NCBI GenBank assembly: GCA_033808805.1
Contig: JAPXMY010000004.1
Span: 6,241 to 70,240 of the forward strand
Length of the DNA: 64,000 nt
Origin: Erysipelotrichaceae bacterium
GTDB lineage: Bacteria; Bacillota_I; Bacilli_A; Erysipelotrichales; Erysipelotrichaceae
Reading direction: 5' to 3'
Shown: piece by piece, positions 9,779 through 20,486 of the stretch
Numbering within the stretch: position 1 is the first letter of the stretch
Layout of the letters: every line of letters starts with the position of its first letter
The notes under the pieces: model-generated
The model's database searches: none
What the model was told of the DNA's origin: nothing
The model's input: only the letters and a program-made list of their open reading frames with translations
Made by a program: the position numbers and the translations under genes

Positions 9779-10192
9779 ATGCCTACAATTAATCAATTAG
9801 TTCGTAAAGGGCGTCAAACCAAGCAAGGAAAATCAGCTTCACCAGCTTTAAATAGAGGATATAACTCATTAAAGCGTCGTGCTACACAGATCAGCTCTCC
9901 TCATAAACGTGGAGTGTGTACTCGTGTTGGAACAATGACTCCAAGGAAGCCAAACTCAGCTTTAAGAAAGTATGCACGTGTACGCTTGAGTAATGGAATG
10001 GAAGTAACAGCTTATATTCCAGGAATCGGACACAATTTACAGGAGCACAGTGTTGTGCTTATCCGTGGAGGTCGTATTAAAGACCTGCCAGGTGTTAGAT
10101 ATCATATCGTTCGCGGTACTATGGACTGCGCTGGTGTTACTAACAGAAAACAGGGCCGTTCATTATACGGTACTAAAAAACCAAAAGCATAG
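9779..10192 (+). CDS. rpsL: 30S ribosomal protein S12
   Basis: [12 protein letters not shown]... and [10 protein letters not shown]-type core ([13 protein letters not shown]). ATG 9779 follows AAAGGAG. The track start at 9743 is an upstream extension. Confidence 0.97.
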   Translation: MPTINQLVRKGRQTKQGKSASPALNRGYNSLKRRATQISSPHKRGVCTRVGTMTPRKPNSALRKYARVRLSNGMEVTAYIPGIGHNLQEHSVVLIRGGRIKDLPGVRYHIVRGTMDCAGVTNRKQGRSLYGTKKPKA

Positions 10193-10215
10193 GTTGATGA
10201 AAGGAGAGAAAGAAA

Positions 10216-10686
10216 ATGCCTAGAAAAGGACATGTTGCTAAAAGAGATGTATTAGCAGATCCAATTTACAATTCAAAACTAGTTACTCGTTTAATCAACC
10301 GTATTATGGTCGATGGTAAAAGAGGAACAGCTCAATCAATTTTATATAAAGCATTTGAAATTGTTGAAGAAAAAACAGGAAAACCAGCAATGGAAGTATT
10401 CGAAACAGCATTAGAAAAAATTATGCCAGCTCTTGAATTAAAACAAAGAAGAGTTGGTGGTGCCAACTATCAGGTACCAGTTGAACCTTCTGCCGAAAGA
10501 AGATTAACTTTAGGTCTAAGATGGTTAGTAAACTACGCACGCCTGCGTCATGAAAAAACGATGGAGTTACGTTTAGCTAACGAAATTATTGATGCTTCAA
10601 ACGGACTTGGTGGTTCTGTTAAAAAACGTGAAGACACCCACAGAATGGCAGAAGCGAACAAAGCTTTCGCTCACTTCCGCTGGTAA
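10216..10686 (+). CDS. rpsG: 30S ribosomal protein S7
   Basis: [20 protein letters not shown]... Canonical position after rpsL. Confidence 0.97.
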   Translation: MPRKGHVAKRDVLADPIYNSKLVTRLINRIMVDGKRGTAQSILYKAFEIVEEKTGKPAMEVFETALEKIMPALELKQRRVGGANYQVPVEPSAERRLTLGLRWLVNYARLRHEKTMELRLANEIIDASNGLGGSVKKREDTHRMAEANKAFAHFRW

Positions 10687-10701
10687 GGTTAAAGGTGAAT
10701 T

Positions 10702-12768
10702 ATGCCTCGTGAATATGATTTACAACATACACGTAATATAGGCATTATGGCGCACATTGACGCTGGGAAAACGACAACTACAGAACGTATTCTGTACTAT
10801 ACCGGTAAAACTCACAAACTAGGTGAGACTCATGATGGCACAGCTGTCATGGACTGGATGGAACAGGAACAGAAAAGAGGTATTACAATTACTTCTGCAG
10901 CTACTACAGCAGCTTGGAAGGGTCATCGCATTAATGTTATTGACACTCCAGGACACGTAGACTTTACAGTTGAAGTTGAAAGGTCACTAAGAGTTTTAGA
11001 TGGTGCTGTTACAGTACTGGATGCTAAAGCAGGTGTTGAACCGCAAACTGAAACAGTTTGGAGACAGGCTACAACATACGGTGTTCCTAGAGTTGTCTTT
11101 GTAAATAAGATGGATGCTACAGGCGCGGACTTCTATATGTCATGTGACAGCATAAGAGACCGTTTAGGCGCCAAAGCTTATCCAATCCAATTGCCTATTG
11201 GTGTAGAAGATAATTACAGTGGAGTTATTGACATCATTGAAAGAAAAGCTTATCAATTCTCAGCGGATTTGCAAAAGCATGATGAGGAGATTGAAATTCC
11301 AGCTGCTATGGTTGATGATGTTGAAATTCATCGTCAAAGATTAATCGAAATGATTTCTGATTACGATGAAGAATTTATGATGAAAGTTCTTGTAGGAGAA
11401 GAAGTTACCATTGAAGAGATAAAAAATGCGATTAGAAAAGCAACAGTCTCTGGTGAATTCTTCCCGGTAATGTCAGGAGCTGCCTACAAAAACAAGGGTG
11501 TTGTGCAAATGCTTGATGCATTAGTAGAATACTTACCTTCACCACTGGATGTTAAACCTGTTAAAGGTATTAATAGAAATGGTGATGAAATAGAAGTTGC
11601 TGCTGATACCGATGGTAAGTTTGCTGCACTAGCTTTCAAAATTACAACTGACCCATTTGTTGGAAAGTTAACATATTTTAGAGTTTATTCTGGTAAAGCT
11701 ACCAAAGGCTCATATGTCTACAATGCCACTAAAGGTCAAAAGGAAAGACTTGGAAGAATAATGCAGATGCATGCTAACCACAGGCAGGATGTAGATGAAG
11801 TATATGCGGGCGATATTGCTGCCGCAATTGGCTTCAAATATACCACAACTGGAGATACACTATGTTCTGATGGACATTATGTAATTTTGGAATCAATGGA
11901 TTTCCCTGATCCAGTTATCAATATGTCTGTCGAACCAAAGACAAGAGCAGATCAGGATAAGATGGGACTTGCCTTAGCGAAGTTAGCTGAGGAAGATCCA
12001 ACATTTAAAACTTATACCGATACTGAAACAGGACAGATAATCATTGCCGGAATGGGTGAATTACACTTGGATATCATTGTTGATAGGATGAAAAAAGAAT
12101 TCAACGTTCAGTGCAATGTTGGCAAACCGCAAGTTGCCTATCGTGAAACAATTACCAAGATGGGTGAATGTCAGGGTAAGTTTGTCAGACAATCTGGAGG
12201 TCGTGGTCAATATGGTGATGTCTGGATCAGATTTGAACCTAATGAAGGTAAAGGATTTGAATTCATTGATGCTACTATAGGTGGCAGCGTACCAAAAGAA
12301 TATATCAAACCTACTGAGGAAGGTCTAAAAGCTGCACTAAGCGGCGGACTTCAGGCCGGCTATCCAGTAATTGATATTAAAGCTACGCTATATGATGGTT
12401 CCTACCATGAGGTAGACAGTAGTGAGAATGCTTATAAGATAGCAGCAGGTTTAGCGCTTAAAGAAGCAGCTAAAAAATGTGGTGCAGTTATCTTAGAGCC
12501 AATTATGAATGTTGAAGTTGTTGCACCAAGCGAATACTTAGGAAATGTAATAGGAGATATTACTTCCAGAAGAGGTCAGATTATTGATCAAAGTGAAAGA
12601 AATAATGCCATTGCCATTAAAGCGATGGTTCCATTATCAGAAATGTTTGGTTATGCGACAACACTTAGAAGTTTCACTCAGGGAAGAGGAAACTATGTAA
12701 TGCAGATGGATCATTATGCGGAAGTTCCATTCTCAATTACCCAAGAGATTATTAAGCGTAATAACTAG
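10702..12768 (+). CDS. fusA: Elongation factor G
   Basis: GTPase motifs [21 protein letters not shown]. 688 aa. str operon position. Confidence 0.97.
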   Translation: MPREYDLQHTRNIGIMAHIDAGKTTTTERILYYTGKTHKLGETHDGTAVMDWMEQEQKRGITITSAATTAAWKGHRINVIDTPGHVDFTVEVERSLRVLDGAVTVLDAKAGVEPQTETVWRQATTYGVPRVVFVNKMDATGADFYMSCDSIRDRLGAKAYPIQLPIGVEDNYSGVIDIIERKAYQFSADLQKHDEEIEIPAAMVDDVEIHRQRLIEMISDYDEEFMMKVLVGEEVTIEEIKNAIRKATVSGEFFPVMSGAAYKNKGVVQMLDALVEYLPSPLDVKPVKGINRNGDEIEVAADTDGKFAALAFKITTDPFVGKLTYFRVYSGKATKGSYVYNATKGQKERLGRIMQMHANHRQDVDEVYAGDIAAAIGFKYTTTGDTLCSDGHYVILESMDFPDPVINMSVEPKTRADQDKMGLALAKLAEEDPTFKTYTDTETGQIIIAGMGELHLDIIVDRMKKEFNVQCNVGKPQVAYRETITKMGECQGKFVRQSGGRGQYGDVWIRFEPNEGKGFEFIDATIGGSVPKEYIKPTEEGLKAALSGGLQAGYPVIDIKATLYDGSYHEVDSSENAYKIAAGLALKEAAKKCGAVILEPIMNVEVVAPSEYLGNVIGDITSRRGQIIDQSERNNAIAIKAMVPLSEMFGYATTLRSFTQGRGNYVMQMDHYAEVPFSITQEIIKRNN

Positions 12769-12777
12769 TTGTTATTA

Positions 12778-12806
12778 TTGCATTAAATTGTAATTTGTTT
12801 TAAAAT
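12778..12806 (+). promoter_or_regulatory. Candidate internal promoter in the fusA-tuf spacer
   Basis: TTGCAT (12778-12783), 17-nt spacer, TAAAAT (12801-12806), within the 84-nt spacer. Confidence 0.35.
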
Positions 12807-12852
12807 GATTTTTGAAGGAAAAAACCAAGAAATATAGGAGGAAAATTAACAA

Positions 12853-14040
12853 ATGGCAAAACAAAAATTTGATAGAAGTAAAGAACACGTTAATATCGGT
12901 ACAATTGGTCATATTGACCATGGTAAAACTACTTTAACTTCTGCAATCACTAAAACATTAGCAGATGCAGGTTTGGCTGAAGCAAAAGATTATAGCCAGA
13001 TCGACGGTGCTCCAGAAGAAAAAGCTAGAGGTATCACTATCAACACTTCTCACGTTGAATACCAGACAGCTAATCGTCACTATGCACACGTAGACTGCCC
13101 AGGTCATGCTGACTATATTAAGAACATGATTACTGGTGCTGCTCAAATGGACGGCGCAATTCTAGTAGTAGCTGCTACAGATGGACCAATGCCTCAGACT
13201 AATGAACACGTTTTATTAGCTAAACAGGTAGGTGTTCCTGCAATGGTAGTATTCTTAAATAAATGTGACATGATGGAAGGCGAAGAAGAATTCGTTGACT
13301 TAGCTGAAATGACAGTTAGAGAACTGTTAGACAAATACGGTTTCGATGGCGACAATGCTCCAGTAATCCGTGGTTCAGCATTAAAAGCTATGGAAGGCGA
13401 TCCATACTATAAAGAAAAAATTATGGAATTAATGGATGCTTGTGACACTTATATTCCAGCTCCAGCAAGAGAAGATGACAAACCATTCTTAATGGCTATT
13501 GAAGATACAATGACTATCACAGGTCGTGGTACTGTTGCTACAGGACGTGTTGAACGTGGTGTATTAAAAGTTAACGACCCAGTTGAAATCGTTGGTATCA
13601 GAGAAACTCAAAAAACTGTTGTTACAGGATTAGAAATGTTCAGAAAAATCTTGGACTTCACTACAGCTGGTGACAATATCGGGGCTTTATTAAGAGGTAT
13701 CGCAAGAGATGACATCGAACGTGGACAAGTTTTAGCTAAACCTGGTTCAGTTAAACCTTTCAAAAAGTTCAAAGCTCAAGTTTACGTATTATCTAAAGAA
13801 GAAGGTGGACGTCATACTCCGTTTGTAAGTAACTATCGTCCTCAGTTCTACTTCAGAACTACTGACGTAACTGGTGTTATCAATTTACCAGAAGGCGTAG
13901 ACATGTGTATGCCTGGTGATAACGTTGAAATGACAGTTGAATTAATTTATCCAATTGCTATTGAAAAAGGTACTAAGTTCTCAATCCGTGAAGGTGGAAG
14001 AACAGTAGGTGCTGGAAACGTTACTGAAATTATTGCTTAA
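12853..14040 (+). CDS. tuf: Elongation factor Tu
   Basis: [21 protein letters not shown]. 395 aa. AGGAGG RBS. Confidence 0.98.
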   Translation: MAKQKFDRSKEHVNIGTIGHIDHGKTTLTSAITKTLADAGLAEAKDYSQIDGAPEEKARGITINTSHVEYQTANRHYAHVDCPGHADYIKNMITGAAQMDGAILVVAATDGPMPQTNEHVLLAKQVGVPAMVVFLNKCDMMEGEEEFVDLAEMTVRELLDKYGFDGDNAPVIRGSALKAMEGDPYYKEKIMELMDACDTYIPAPAREDDKPFLMAIEDTMTITGRGTVATGRVERGVLKVNDPVEIVGIRETQKTVVTGLEMFRKILDFTTAGDNIGALLRGIARDDIERGQVLAKPGSVKPFKKFKAQVYVLSKEEGGRHTPFVSNYRPQFYFRTTDVTGVINLPEGVDMCMPGDNVEMTVELIYPIAIEKGTKFSIREGGRTVGAGNVTEIIA

Positions 14041-14061
14041 TTTTAAGTACAATAATTAATT

Positions 14062-14091
14062 AAAGAGTTGTCTGATGACAGCTCTTTTTTA
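14062..14091 (+). terminator. Rho-independent terminator of the str operon
   Basis: Stem aaagagttgtc / gacagctcttt, loop tgat, T-run to 14090. Confidence 0.7.
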
Positions 14092-14152
14092 GTTTGCCTT
14101 TATAATACAGGCTTTGGTATAATTTAAGTAATAGTAAAAGAGGTGCATAAAA

Positions 14153-14563
14153 ATGATTGGTATTTTATTGATGAGCCATGGAAAGATGGCAGAGGGCATG
14201 CTTGATGCCAGTAAACTATTTTTTGGTGATGATGTTCCAAATATTAAAGCTTTAACTTTAAAGCCAGAAGATAACCCTGAAGAATTCGATGTAAGAATTA
14301 AAGAAGCAGTTGCTGAAATAGATGATGGCAGTGGAGTTATCGCGATGGTTGACATGTTAGGTGGAACTCCTTCTAATAGAAGCATGTTTGTTTTGAATGA
14401 TAGAATGCAGGTTATTACTGGGATGAACCTGACTATGCTGCTGGAGCTTTTAGGAAGAAGATTAAGTGCTGAAGATATTGATGAAATCGACATTGACGGA
14501 TTAATGGAAATTGGCAGAACTGGAATTGTCAGCCTGAATAAATTAATGGCAGAATTGCAGTAA
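14153..14563 (+). CDS. PTS EIIA component, mannose/sorbose family (stand-alone)
   Basis: MIGILLMSHGKMAEG (phospho-His context). DMLGGTP and ITGMNLTMLLE align with the ManX-IIA motifs DTWGGSP and IAGVNIPMLVE. Confidence 0.75.
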   Translation: MIGILLMSHGKMAEGMLDASKLFFGDDVPNIKALTLKPEDNPEEFDVRIKEAVAEIDDGSGVIAMVDMLGGTPSNRSMFVLNDRMQVITGMNLTMLLELLGRRLSAEDIDEIDIDGLMEIGRTGIVSLNKLMAELQ

Positions 14564-14567
14564 TTAA

Positions 14568-15485
14568 ATGATTGTTACCGTAACATTAAATCCAGCGATA
14601 GATTATCATATCTATGTCGCTGACCTTAAAAAAGATAGAACAAATGTTATGGCTAAAAAGGAAATTTGTTGTGGAGGAAAAGGGATAAATGTTAATAAAG
14701 CATTATCGCTTTTAAAAGAAAAATCCGTTGCAACAGGTTTTCTTTTTTCTAATGATTTATCTTTGTTTGCGAAAGAATTAAATGATAAATATATTACCAG
14801 TGATTTTGTTGTTGTTAAGGGTTCAACCAGAACAAACATCAAAATCAACCAACAGGATGGAAGTTTAATTGAAATAAACGATAACAATGAGGTAAAAGAA
14901 ACAGATTTTGATAACCTGATGAGTAAAATAGACAAGTATCTGTTTAAGGACAATATTATTGTTATCAGTGGCTCTCTGCCACAAGGGCTCAGTGAGGATA
15001 GCTATCTGAAACTCTGTTTAAAAGCGAAGGAAAATGGCTGTAAGGTTATTTTAGACAGTTCTAAAAAAGCTTTGATGTCAGCTTATAAGTGTTGTGATGT
15101 AATAAAACCAAATATAGAAGAATTTATTTACTTAACCGGTTTAGATTTTGATTGTTCTTTGCAGTCTGTGGTTACAGAACTTAAAAAATTAGACAATGAA
15201 CTGGTGGCTTTGTCTTTGGGTAAAGATGGGGCGATTTATAAATATAAGGATGAAATCTATCAGGTTAAACCTTTGGAATTAGAAATCAGATCAACTGTTG
15301 GTGCTGGAGACGCGATGGTTGGAGCAATAAGCTACGGTTTAAATAACAGAAAAGAAGTTGAAGAGATTATTAGGTATTCCAGTGCTCTTTCATCATTGAT
15401 GATTACCGATTATGATAAAGATAATTTCCTTAATCAGTTGGAAGAGATGAAAAATATGATAGAAATAGAAAGGCTTAAAGCATGA
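14568..15485 (+). CDS. PfkB-family sugar-phosphate kinase (1-phosphofructokinase / tagatose-6-P kinase-like)
   Basis: N-terminal VTLNPAIDY, CGGKGINV, and the C-terminal GAGDAMVGA anion-hole motif. Confidence 0.85.
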   Translation: MIVTVTLNPAIDYHIYVADLKKDRTNVMAKKEICCGGKGINVNKALSLLKEKSVATGFLFSNDLSLFAKELNDKYITSDFVVVKGSTRTNIKINQQDGSLIEINDNNEVKETDFDNLMSKIDKYLFKDNIIVISGSLPQGLSEDSYLKLCLKAKENGCKVILDSSKKALMSAYKCCDVIKPNIEEFIYLTGLDFDCSLQSVVTELKKLDNELVALSLGKDGAIYKYKDEIYQVKPLELEIRSTVGAGDAMVGAISYGLNNRKEVEEIIRYSSALSSLMITDYDKDNFLNQLEEMKNMIEIERLKA

Positions 15486-16513
15486 AATATATTGAATATG
15501 GTGTTGAAGTTGTAAAAAAATATGTTGATAAAAAGATATTGGCCGGAGCGGCTATCAGTTTTGTTACCAAGGATTCTATTGATGAATATTACCTGGGGAA
15601 TAAAAATTTTGAAAAAGACCCAATTGATGAAAACTCACTTTATGATTTAGCTTCAGTAACCAAGCCGATTGCGACAACAGTTTTAATTTTAAAGCTGATT
15701 GAAGAAGGTGTAATAACTTTTGAAACTAAAGTTAGCGATGTCTTTGAAGAATTTCCTTTTAAAGATGTTACAATAATGCACTTATTAACTCATACTTCAG
15801 GAATCACAGCTGATAACAAGGATTATCGTAAATGTAAAAACAAAGATGAGCTGTGGCAGTTTATGATTTCTTTAAAACAGAATAATCCAACTGGCAGCTT
15901 TGTTGAGTATTCTTGTTTTGGATATATTATTTTAGGGAAAATAATAGACCATTTTAAAGGCGATGTTGAGCAGTATGCTCAAGAAGTAATATTTAAACCT
16001 TTAGAATTAGATGGTTTAATGTACAACGCTAAGGAAAAAGGCAAACAAAAAGATTGTGTTCCATCAGAAATCACTGAAGAAAGAGGGGAAATAAGAGGAA
16101 TTGTCCATGATGGTAAAGCTAATATTATCGGTGGCAAAGCTGGTAATGCCGGTCTATTTGGCAATTTAAAATCGGTCAGTAAAGTAGCACAGATGTTTTT
16201 AAATAATGGAAAATATAAGGATAAGCAGATTCTAAAAGAAGAAACGATAGAGCTTTTAAAAAGACCATATACTCAAGATTTAAATCTTTCTAGAACTATT
16301 GGTTGGATTTTCGCCCAAGAAGATGAATCAATGGGCTTGCATTATAGTGATTGCTGTTTATATCACACCGGTTTTACGGGCACTTCAGTGTATATTGACT
16401 ATGTTAGAGAAATAGCAATTGTCTTTTTAACTAATGCTGCCTATCCAACTAGAGATGAAAAGATGATTACTATCAGAAGAGAATTTCATAATTCAATCTT
16501 AGAAAAAATGTAG
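15482..16513 (+). CDS. Serine hydrolase, beta-lactamase/esterase family (PF00144-like)
   Basis: SxxK nucleophile motif ASVTKP. ATGA start/stop overlap with the PfkB gene. 343 aa. Confidence 0.8.
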   Translation: MKYIEYGVEVVKKYVDKKILAGAAISFVTKDSIDEYYLGNKNFEKDPIDENSLYDLASVTKPIATTVLILKLIEEGVITFETKVSDVFEEFPFKDVTIMHLLTHTSGITADNKDYRKCKNKDELWQFMISLKQNNPTGSFVEYSCFGYIILGKIIDHFKGDVEQYAQEVIFKPLELDGLMYNAKEKGKQKDCVPSEITEERGEIRGIVHDGKANIIGGKAGNAGLFGNLKSVSKVAQMFLNNGKYKDKQILKEETIELLKRPYTQDLNLSRTIGWIFAQEDESMGLHYSDCCLYHTGFTGTSVYIDYVREIAIVFLTNAAYPTRDEKMITIRREFHNSILEKM

Positions 16514-16530
16514 ATAAATACATATCACAA

Positions 16531-16580
16531 AAAAAGCAACCCTTTATAAACTATGCGACAGTTTACAAAGGGTTTTTATT
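16531..16580. terminator. Bidirectional terminator between convergent genes
   Basis: 14-bp stem aaccctttataaac / gtttacaaagggtt (one mismatch), flanked by an A-run and a T-run. Confidence 0.65.
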
Positions 16581-16583
16581 ATG

Positions 16584-17471
16584 TTATTGCTGTGCTTTTA
16601 CCATTTTCATGAATTCTTTTGCCGCTGGAGAAAGGGAAATATCCTTAAGCTTAACACATTGAATTTCTCTTTCTAAATCGAATTCATCAATCCTGAGAGG
16701 CCAAAGATCACCATGCAGCACTTCTCTTTGAATAGCCTTTGTGGAGATAAAAGAAATTCCCAAGTTATGAATAACAGATTCTTTAATGGCTTCCTGCTGT
16801 CCGATAAATAACTTGTTTTCAAAAACAAAATTTTCACTTCTTAATAGGGAATCAATGAATTTATATTGTGATGAATCAGGAGCTTTTGTAATATAAATTT
16901 CATCTTTCAAATCTTTGATGCTGCAACTGGTTTTACCGAAAAGGCGATGGTTTTTTCCGACAATCAGTTGAAGCTCATCATGTTTATATTTGTTGATTTC
17001 ATATCTATCAGTATCTTGAGTGATATAGTCAGAAATAAAAGCAAATTCAAGCTGGTTTAAATGCAGTTTTTTTAAAATATTTGTTGATGAATTGATGGTC
17101 ATGTTAATGGTTATCTTTGGATATTTCTTTTTGAATCTGGAAATAATTTCGGGCATCAGATAAACGCCGATAAAGTTTGTGGCCCCAAAGTTTAAGGTTC
17201 CTTCCTCCAGATTTTGGATTTGACGAATATGCTCCAGGGCGTTGTTATAAGCTGCGATGGTCTGTTTGGCATAGTTGACCAGCATTTCTCCTTCAACAGT
17301 AAGAAAAGTTGACTTTCCTACTCTGTTGAACAGAGTTACTCCAAGCTCATTTTCTAAAGTCTGAATCTGCTTGGTTAAAGCAGGTTGAGATAAATAAAGC
17401 TGGTCAGCAGCTTTGGTAAAATTTTTAACTTCCGCCAAGACCAAAAATGATTGTAATTTGTTAAAATCCAT
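16584..17471 (-). CDS. LysR-family transcriptional regulator
   Basis: N-terminal wHTH FTKAADQLYLSQPALTKQIQTLENELG. 295 aa. Divergent from the DASS transporter gene. Confidence 0.9.
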   Translation of the reverse strand: MDFNKLQSFLVLAEVKNFTKAADQLYLSQPALTKQIQTLENELGVTLFNRVGKSTFLTVEGEMLVNYAKQTIAAYNNALEHIRQIQNLEEGTLNFGATNFIGVYLMPEIISRFKKKYPKITINMTINSSTNILKKLHLNQLEFAFISDYITQDTDRYEINKYKHDELQLIVGKNHRLFGKTSCSIKDLKDEIYITKAPDSSQYKFIDSLLRSENFVFENKLFIGQQEAIKESVIHNLGISFISTKAIQREVLHGDLWPLRIDEFDLEREIQCVKLKDISLSPAAKEFMKMVKAQQ

Positions 17472-17653
17472 TGTTTAAAAGCTCCTTATTTCTTTATAAA
17501 ACTATTATAACAAAAAGTGATTAAAATGATAAAATAATCAAATTAAGTTATTGCTTTTTCTACCTTATAATACTATTAATAGATAGTTTACTATTTAATA
17601 GCTGGTGATGTTATTAAATGTGAATTCTATAAAATCATAATAAGGAGGAATTT

Positions 17654-19096
17654 ATGAGTTCTAAAAAATTCAAAGAAAATCGCGGAGCCATTATTGGTAC
17701 AGTTCTAGCGATTCTGGCATTCCTTTTGATCTATTTTATGCCTCTTCCTGAAGGCATGACTCCAGAAGGTCAAAAGAGTTTGGCGCTCTTTGTCTTTGCG
17801 CTAGTCATGTGGATTGCTCGCCCGATCCCTATTTATCAAACTTCGATAATTGTTGTTTTATTATTGCCATTATTAGGGGCAGTAGCTAAACAAAAAGATG
17901 CCTTTGGCTGTTTGGGGTTTGACATTATCTGGTTAATGGTTGCTGCTTTCGTTTTAACTTCCGCAATGAGTTCTACCAACCTGGGTAAACGTATTGCTCT
18001 TACTCTGGTAACAAAATTTGCGAAAACACCAACTCAAACACTCGTTGTATTTATTATTGTTAACTTTATCCTTGCTTTCTTTGTTCCATCTACAACTGCA
18101 AGAGCTTCATTACTTGTTCCAATCACCCTGGTAATTCTGGAAATCTTTAAAGCTGTTCCTGGAAAAAGCAACTTCGGTAAAGTTATGATGTTACAGGGAG
18201 TTCAATCAAATGCTATTGCGACTTCTGTAGTTATGACTGCAACTTCTGCGCAGGTATTAGCTATTGGCTTCATCAATGAGCAGGCAGGTGGAGATCTTGG
18301 ATATCTACAATGGATTTTAGGTTCAATCCCACAGGCACTAATAACTGTAGTTTTGATGTTCTTTGCTGGTTTATTCTTATTTAAATATAAAGATGAATTT
18401 GGTGAAAAAATCGGTGATGTCGGGGCAGCGTTAAAAGGCCAGTTAGAAGAATTAGGCCCAATGACTAAAGCTGAAAAGAAAGCTGCTGTTATCTTTTTAT
18501 TCACACTTCTTTCTTGGGCAACTGGAGATTACCAGAAAGATTGGTTTGGATTTGAACTATCAACAGAGCAGACAGCGGTGTTAAGTATGTTATTATGTTT
18601 GCTTCCAGGTATTGGAGTTATTACTTGGAAACAGGCAGATATCAAATGGGATTTAATGATTTTCTCTGCGGGTGCCTATGCAGTCGGCAATGCAGTTAAT
18701 GATACAGGCGGTGCCAGCTGGGTTATTGATAAAATGATTAACGCTACTGGATTGGACCTGTTACCACCGAGTGTTGTGGCAGTAGCACTGATCTTTATTA
18801 CGATCTTCAGCCATTTGATCTTTACAAGCAAGACTGTTCGTACAACTATCCTGATTCCATCAATTATCGTTTTAGCAAAACAATTGGGAATTGATCCAGT
18901 TCCACTGGCATTGGCTTGTGCTTATGGTATTTCTTATACAATTACATTGCCACCACATTCTAAAGTTAATACACTTTACTTTGGTACTGGATACTTTGAT
19001 GTAAAAGATGAATTAGTCTATGGTCTGATCACTTGTTTCTTTGGCGCTGTAGCTATAAGTCTGGTATATTTTGCTTGGCTTAATATAATATTGTAA
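17654..19096 (+). CDS. Anion permease of the DASS/SLC13 (divalent anion:Na+ symporter) type
   Basis: 480 aa, about 12 or more hydrophobic segments, with a duplicated hairpin-type architecture typical of DASS/CitT-like carriers. GGAGG RBS. Confidence 0.75.
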   Translation: MSSKKFKENRGAIIGTVLAILAFLLIYFMPLPEGMTPEGQKSLALFVFALVMWIARPIPIYQTSIIVVLLLPLLGAVAKQKDAFGCLGFDIIWLMVAAFVLTSAMSSTNLGKRIALTLVTKFAKTPTQTLVVFIIVNFILAFFVPSTTARASLLVPITLVILEIFKAVPGKSNFGKVMMLQGVQSNAIATSVVMTATSAQVLAIGFINEQAGGDLGYLQWILGSIPQALITVVLMFFAGLFLFKYKDEFGEKIGDVGAALKGQLEELGPMTKAEKKAAVIFLFTLLSWATGDYQKDWFGFELSTEQTAVLSMLLCLLPGIGVITWKQADIKWDLMIFSAGAYAVGNAVNDTGGASWVIDKMINATGLDLLPPSVVAVALIFITIFSHLIFTSKTVRTTILIPSIIVLAKQLGIDPVPLALACAYGISYTITLPPHSKVNTLYFGTGYFDVKDELVYGLITCFFGAVAISLVYFAWLNIIL

Positions 19097-19148
19097 AATT
19101 ATAGCAATAACATAATTTAAAAGATTCAAATTAGAAAAGGAGGATTGT

Positions 19149-20390
19149 GTGAAAAATAAAATATTACTTTGTATTGCCGATGGCATAGGTGATCGTCCAT
19201 GTGAAGTGTTAGGATGGAAAACCCCATTGCAATATGCAAACACACCTCATTTAGACCAGTTGGCTAAAGATGGTCAAAGTGGGATTATGGACCTGTATCA
19301 GGCAGGAACGCCTGTTGGAACAGATCTTGGACATATGTGCATGTTTGGATATGATTTGAAAGATTATCCTGGTCGAGGCCCAATTGAAGCTTTTGGTGAA
19401 AATGTTGAACTTTTGGCTGGCGATGTGGCTTTTCGTAGTAATTTTGGTACGGTTGATGAAGATATTAATGTTATCGATCGCCGTGCCGGAAGAATAAGAG
19501 AAAAGACAAAAGAATTAGCTGCTGCTTTAAGCGGTATGCAGATTGAAGATGTTACAGTTTTATTTAAAGAAGCGACTGAACATCGTGCTGTTTTGGTATT
19601 AAGAGGTCCAGGACTTTCTGATGCCATTACTGATACTGATCCTAAGGTTGAAAAAGTTGCTGTAAAAAAACCTAAAGAAAAAGATGACAGCGAAGCAGCC
19701 AAAAAAACAGCCAGAATACTTCTGGAGTTCCAAAGACGCTCTCATGAAATACTGTCTAATCATCCAGTCAATATAAAGCGTGTTGAAGAAGGCTTATTGC
19801 CAGCAAACTATATTTTGACTCGTGGTGCCGGCAGTATGCCAGACATTAAGAAAGTTGCTCAACAGTTAAAGTTTAAGGCCTGCTGTGTGGCAGAAGAGTC
19901 GACAGTATTAGGCGTAGCAAGATTGGCTGGTTTTTCAACCATGACAGATCCAAGTTTTACCGGCAATATCGATACGAACATTGAGAAAAAAGCTGAGCTT
20001 GCTGTCGAGGCTTTAAAGGAAAACGATTTTGTGGCTCTTCATTTTAAAGCTCCTGACTTAATGGGGCATGACAACAAACCGGAGGGTAAAGTTAAGGCAA
20101 TTGAAAAGTTTGATGAGATGGTTGGTCATGCGATGAAGAGAATAGAAAATGCTGATGTTGGTAATGTAATTATCGCCTTGGCAGCTGATCATTCAACACC
20201 TTGTGAAAGAAGAGAGCATAGCGGAGACCCTGTTCCTATCTTGATCAGTGGTAAAAATATCCGTAAAGATAATGTTGAGAAGTATGACGAAGTCTCTTCA
20301 GCAGCTGGTGCAATCTGTCGAATTAAGGGGAAAGACCTATTCTATACACTTCTGGACTATTTGGAAGTAACAAAAAAAGAAGGTAACTAA
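19149..20390 (+). CDS. apgM: Cofactor-independent phosphoglycerate mutase, archaeal ApgM-like (metalloenzyme superfamily)
   Basis: GTG start follows AAAGGAGGA. CIADGIGDRP, TPHLDQLA, GRGPIEAFG, DVAFRSNF, DRRAGR and ADHSTP match the ApgM pattern. Confidence 0.7.
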   Translation: MKNKILLCIADGIGDRPCEVLGWKTPLQYANTPHLDQLAKDGQSGIMDLYQAGTPVGTDLGHMCMFGYDLKDYPGRGPIEAFGENVELLAGDVAFRSNFGTVDEDINVIDRRAGRIREKTKELAAALSGMQIEDVTVLFKEATEHRAVLVLRGPGLSDAITDTDPKVEKVAVKKPKEKDDSEAAKKTARILLEFQRRSHEILSNHPVNIKRVEEGLLPANYILTRGAGSMPDIKKVAQQLKFKACCVAEESTVLGVARLAGFSTMTDPSFTGNIDTNIEKKAELAVEALKENDFVALHFKAPDLMGHDNKPEGKVKAIEKFDEMVGHAMKRIENADVGNVIIALAADHSTPCERREHSGDPVPILISGKNIRKDNVEKYDEVSSAAGAICRIKGKDLFYTLLDYLEVTKKEGN

Positions 20391-20427
20391 TATTACTCCC
20401 GATACTTTAGTAGCAACTAAAGGAAAG

Positions 20428-20463
20428 AAAACAGTGCTCTATATAAAGGATGCACTGTTTTTT
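20428..20463 (+). terminator. Terminator after the ApgM-like gene
   Basis: Stem aaaacagtgc / gcactgtttt with a T-run. Confidence 0.6.
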
Positions 20464-20486
20464 AGTTTCAAACATATGAAACAATG

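Noticed and set aside
14089-14493. Long antisense ORFs in the supplied track. Examples: 14089-14493, 14612-14953, 19364-19702, 27440-27781, 28621-28920, 33303-33632 and 47128-47448, all on the minus strand.
   Set aside because: Each lies entirely opposite a CDS with strong family motifs. They lack RBS-like sequences and have Ser/Leu/Ile-rich low-complexity translations typical of shadow ORFs in AT-rich DNA.
17494-17601. AT-rich dyads in the LysR/DASS intergenic region as candidate LysR boxes: TTATAA-N5-TTATAA at 17494-17510, CTATTAATAG at 17573-17582, and CTATTTAATAG at 17591-17601.
   Set aside because: Palindromes of pure A/T arise easily by chance in this highly AT-rich spacer. Without comparative data I cannot distinguish them from background.
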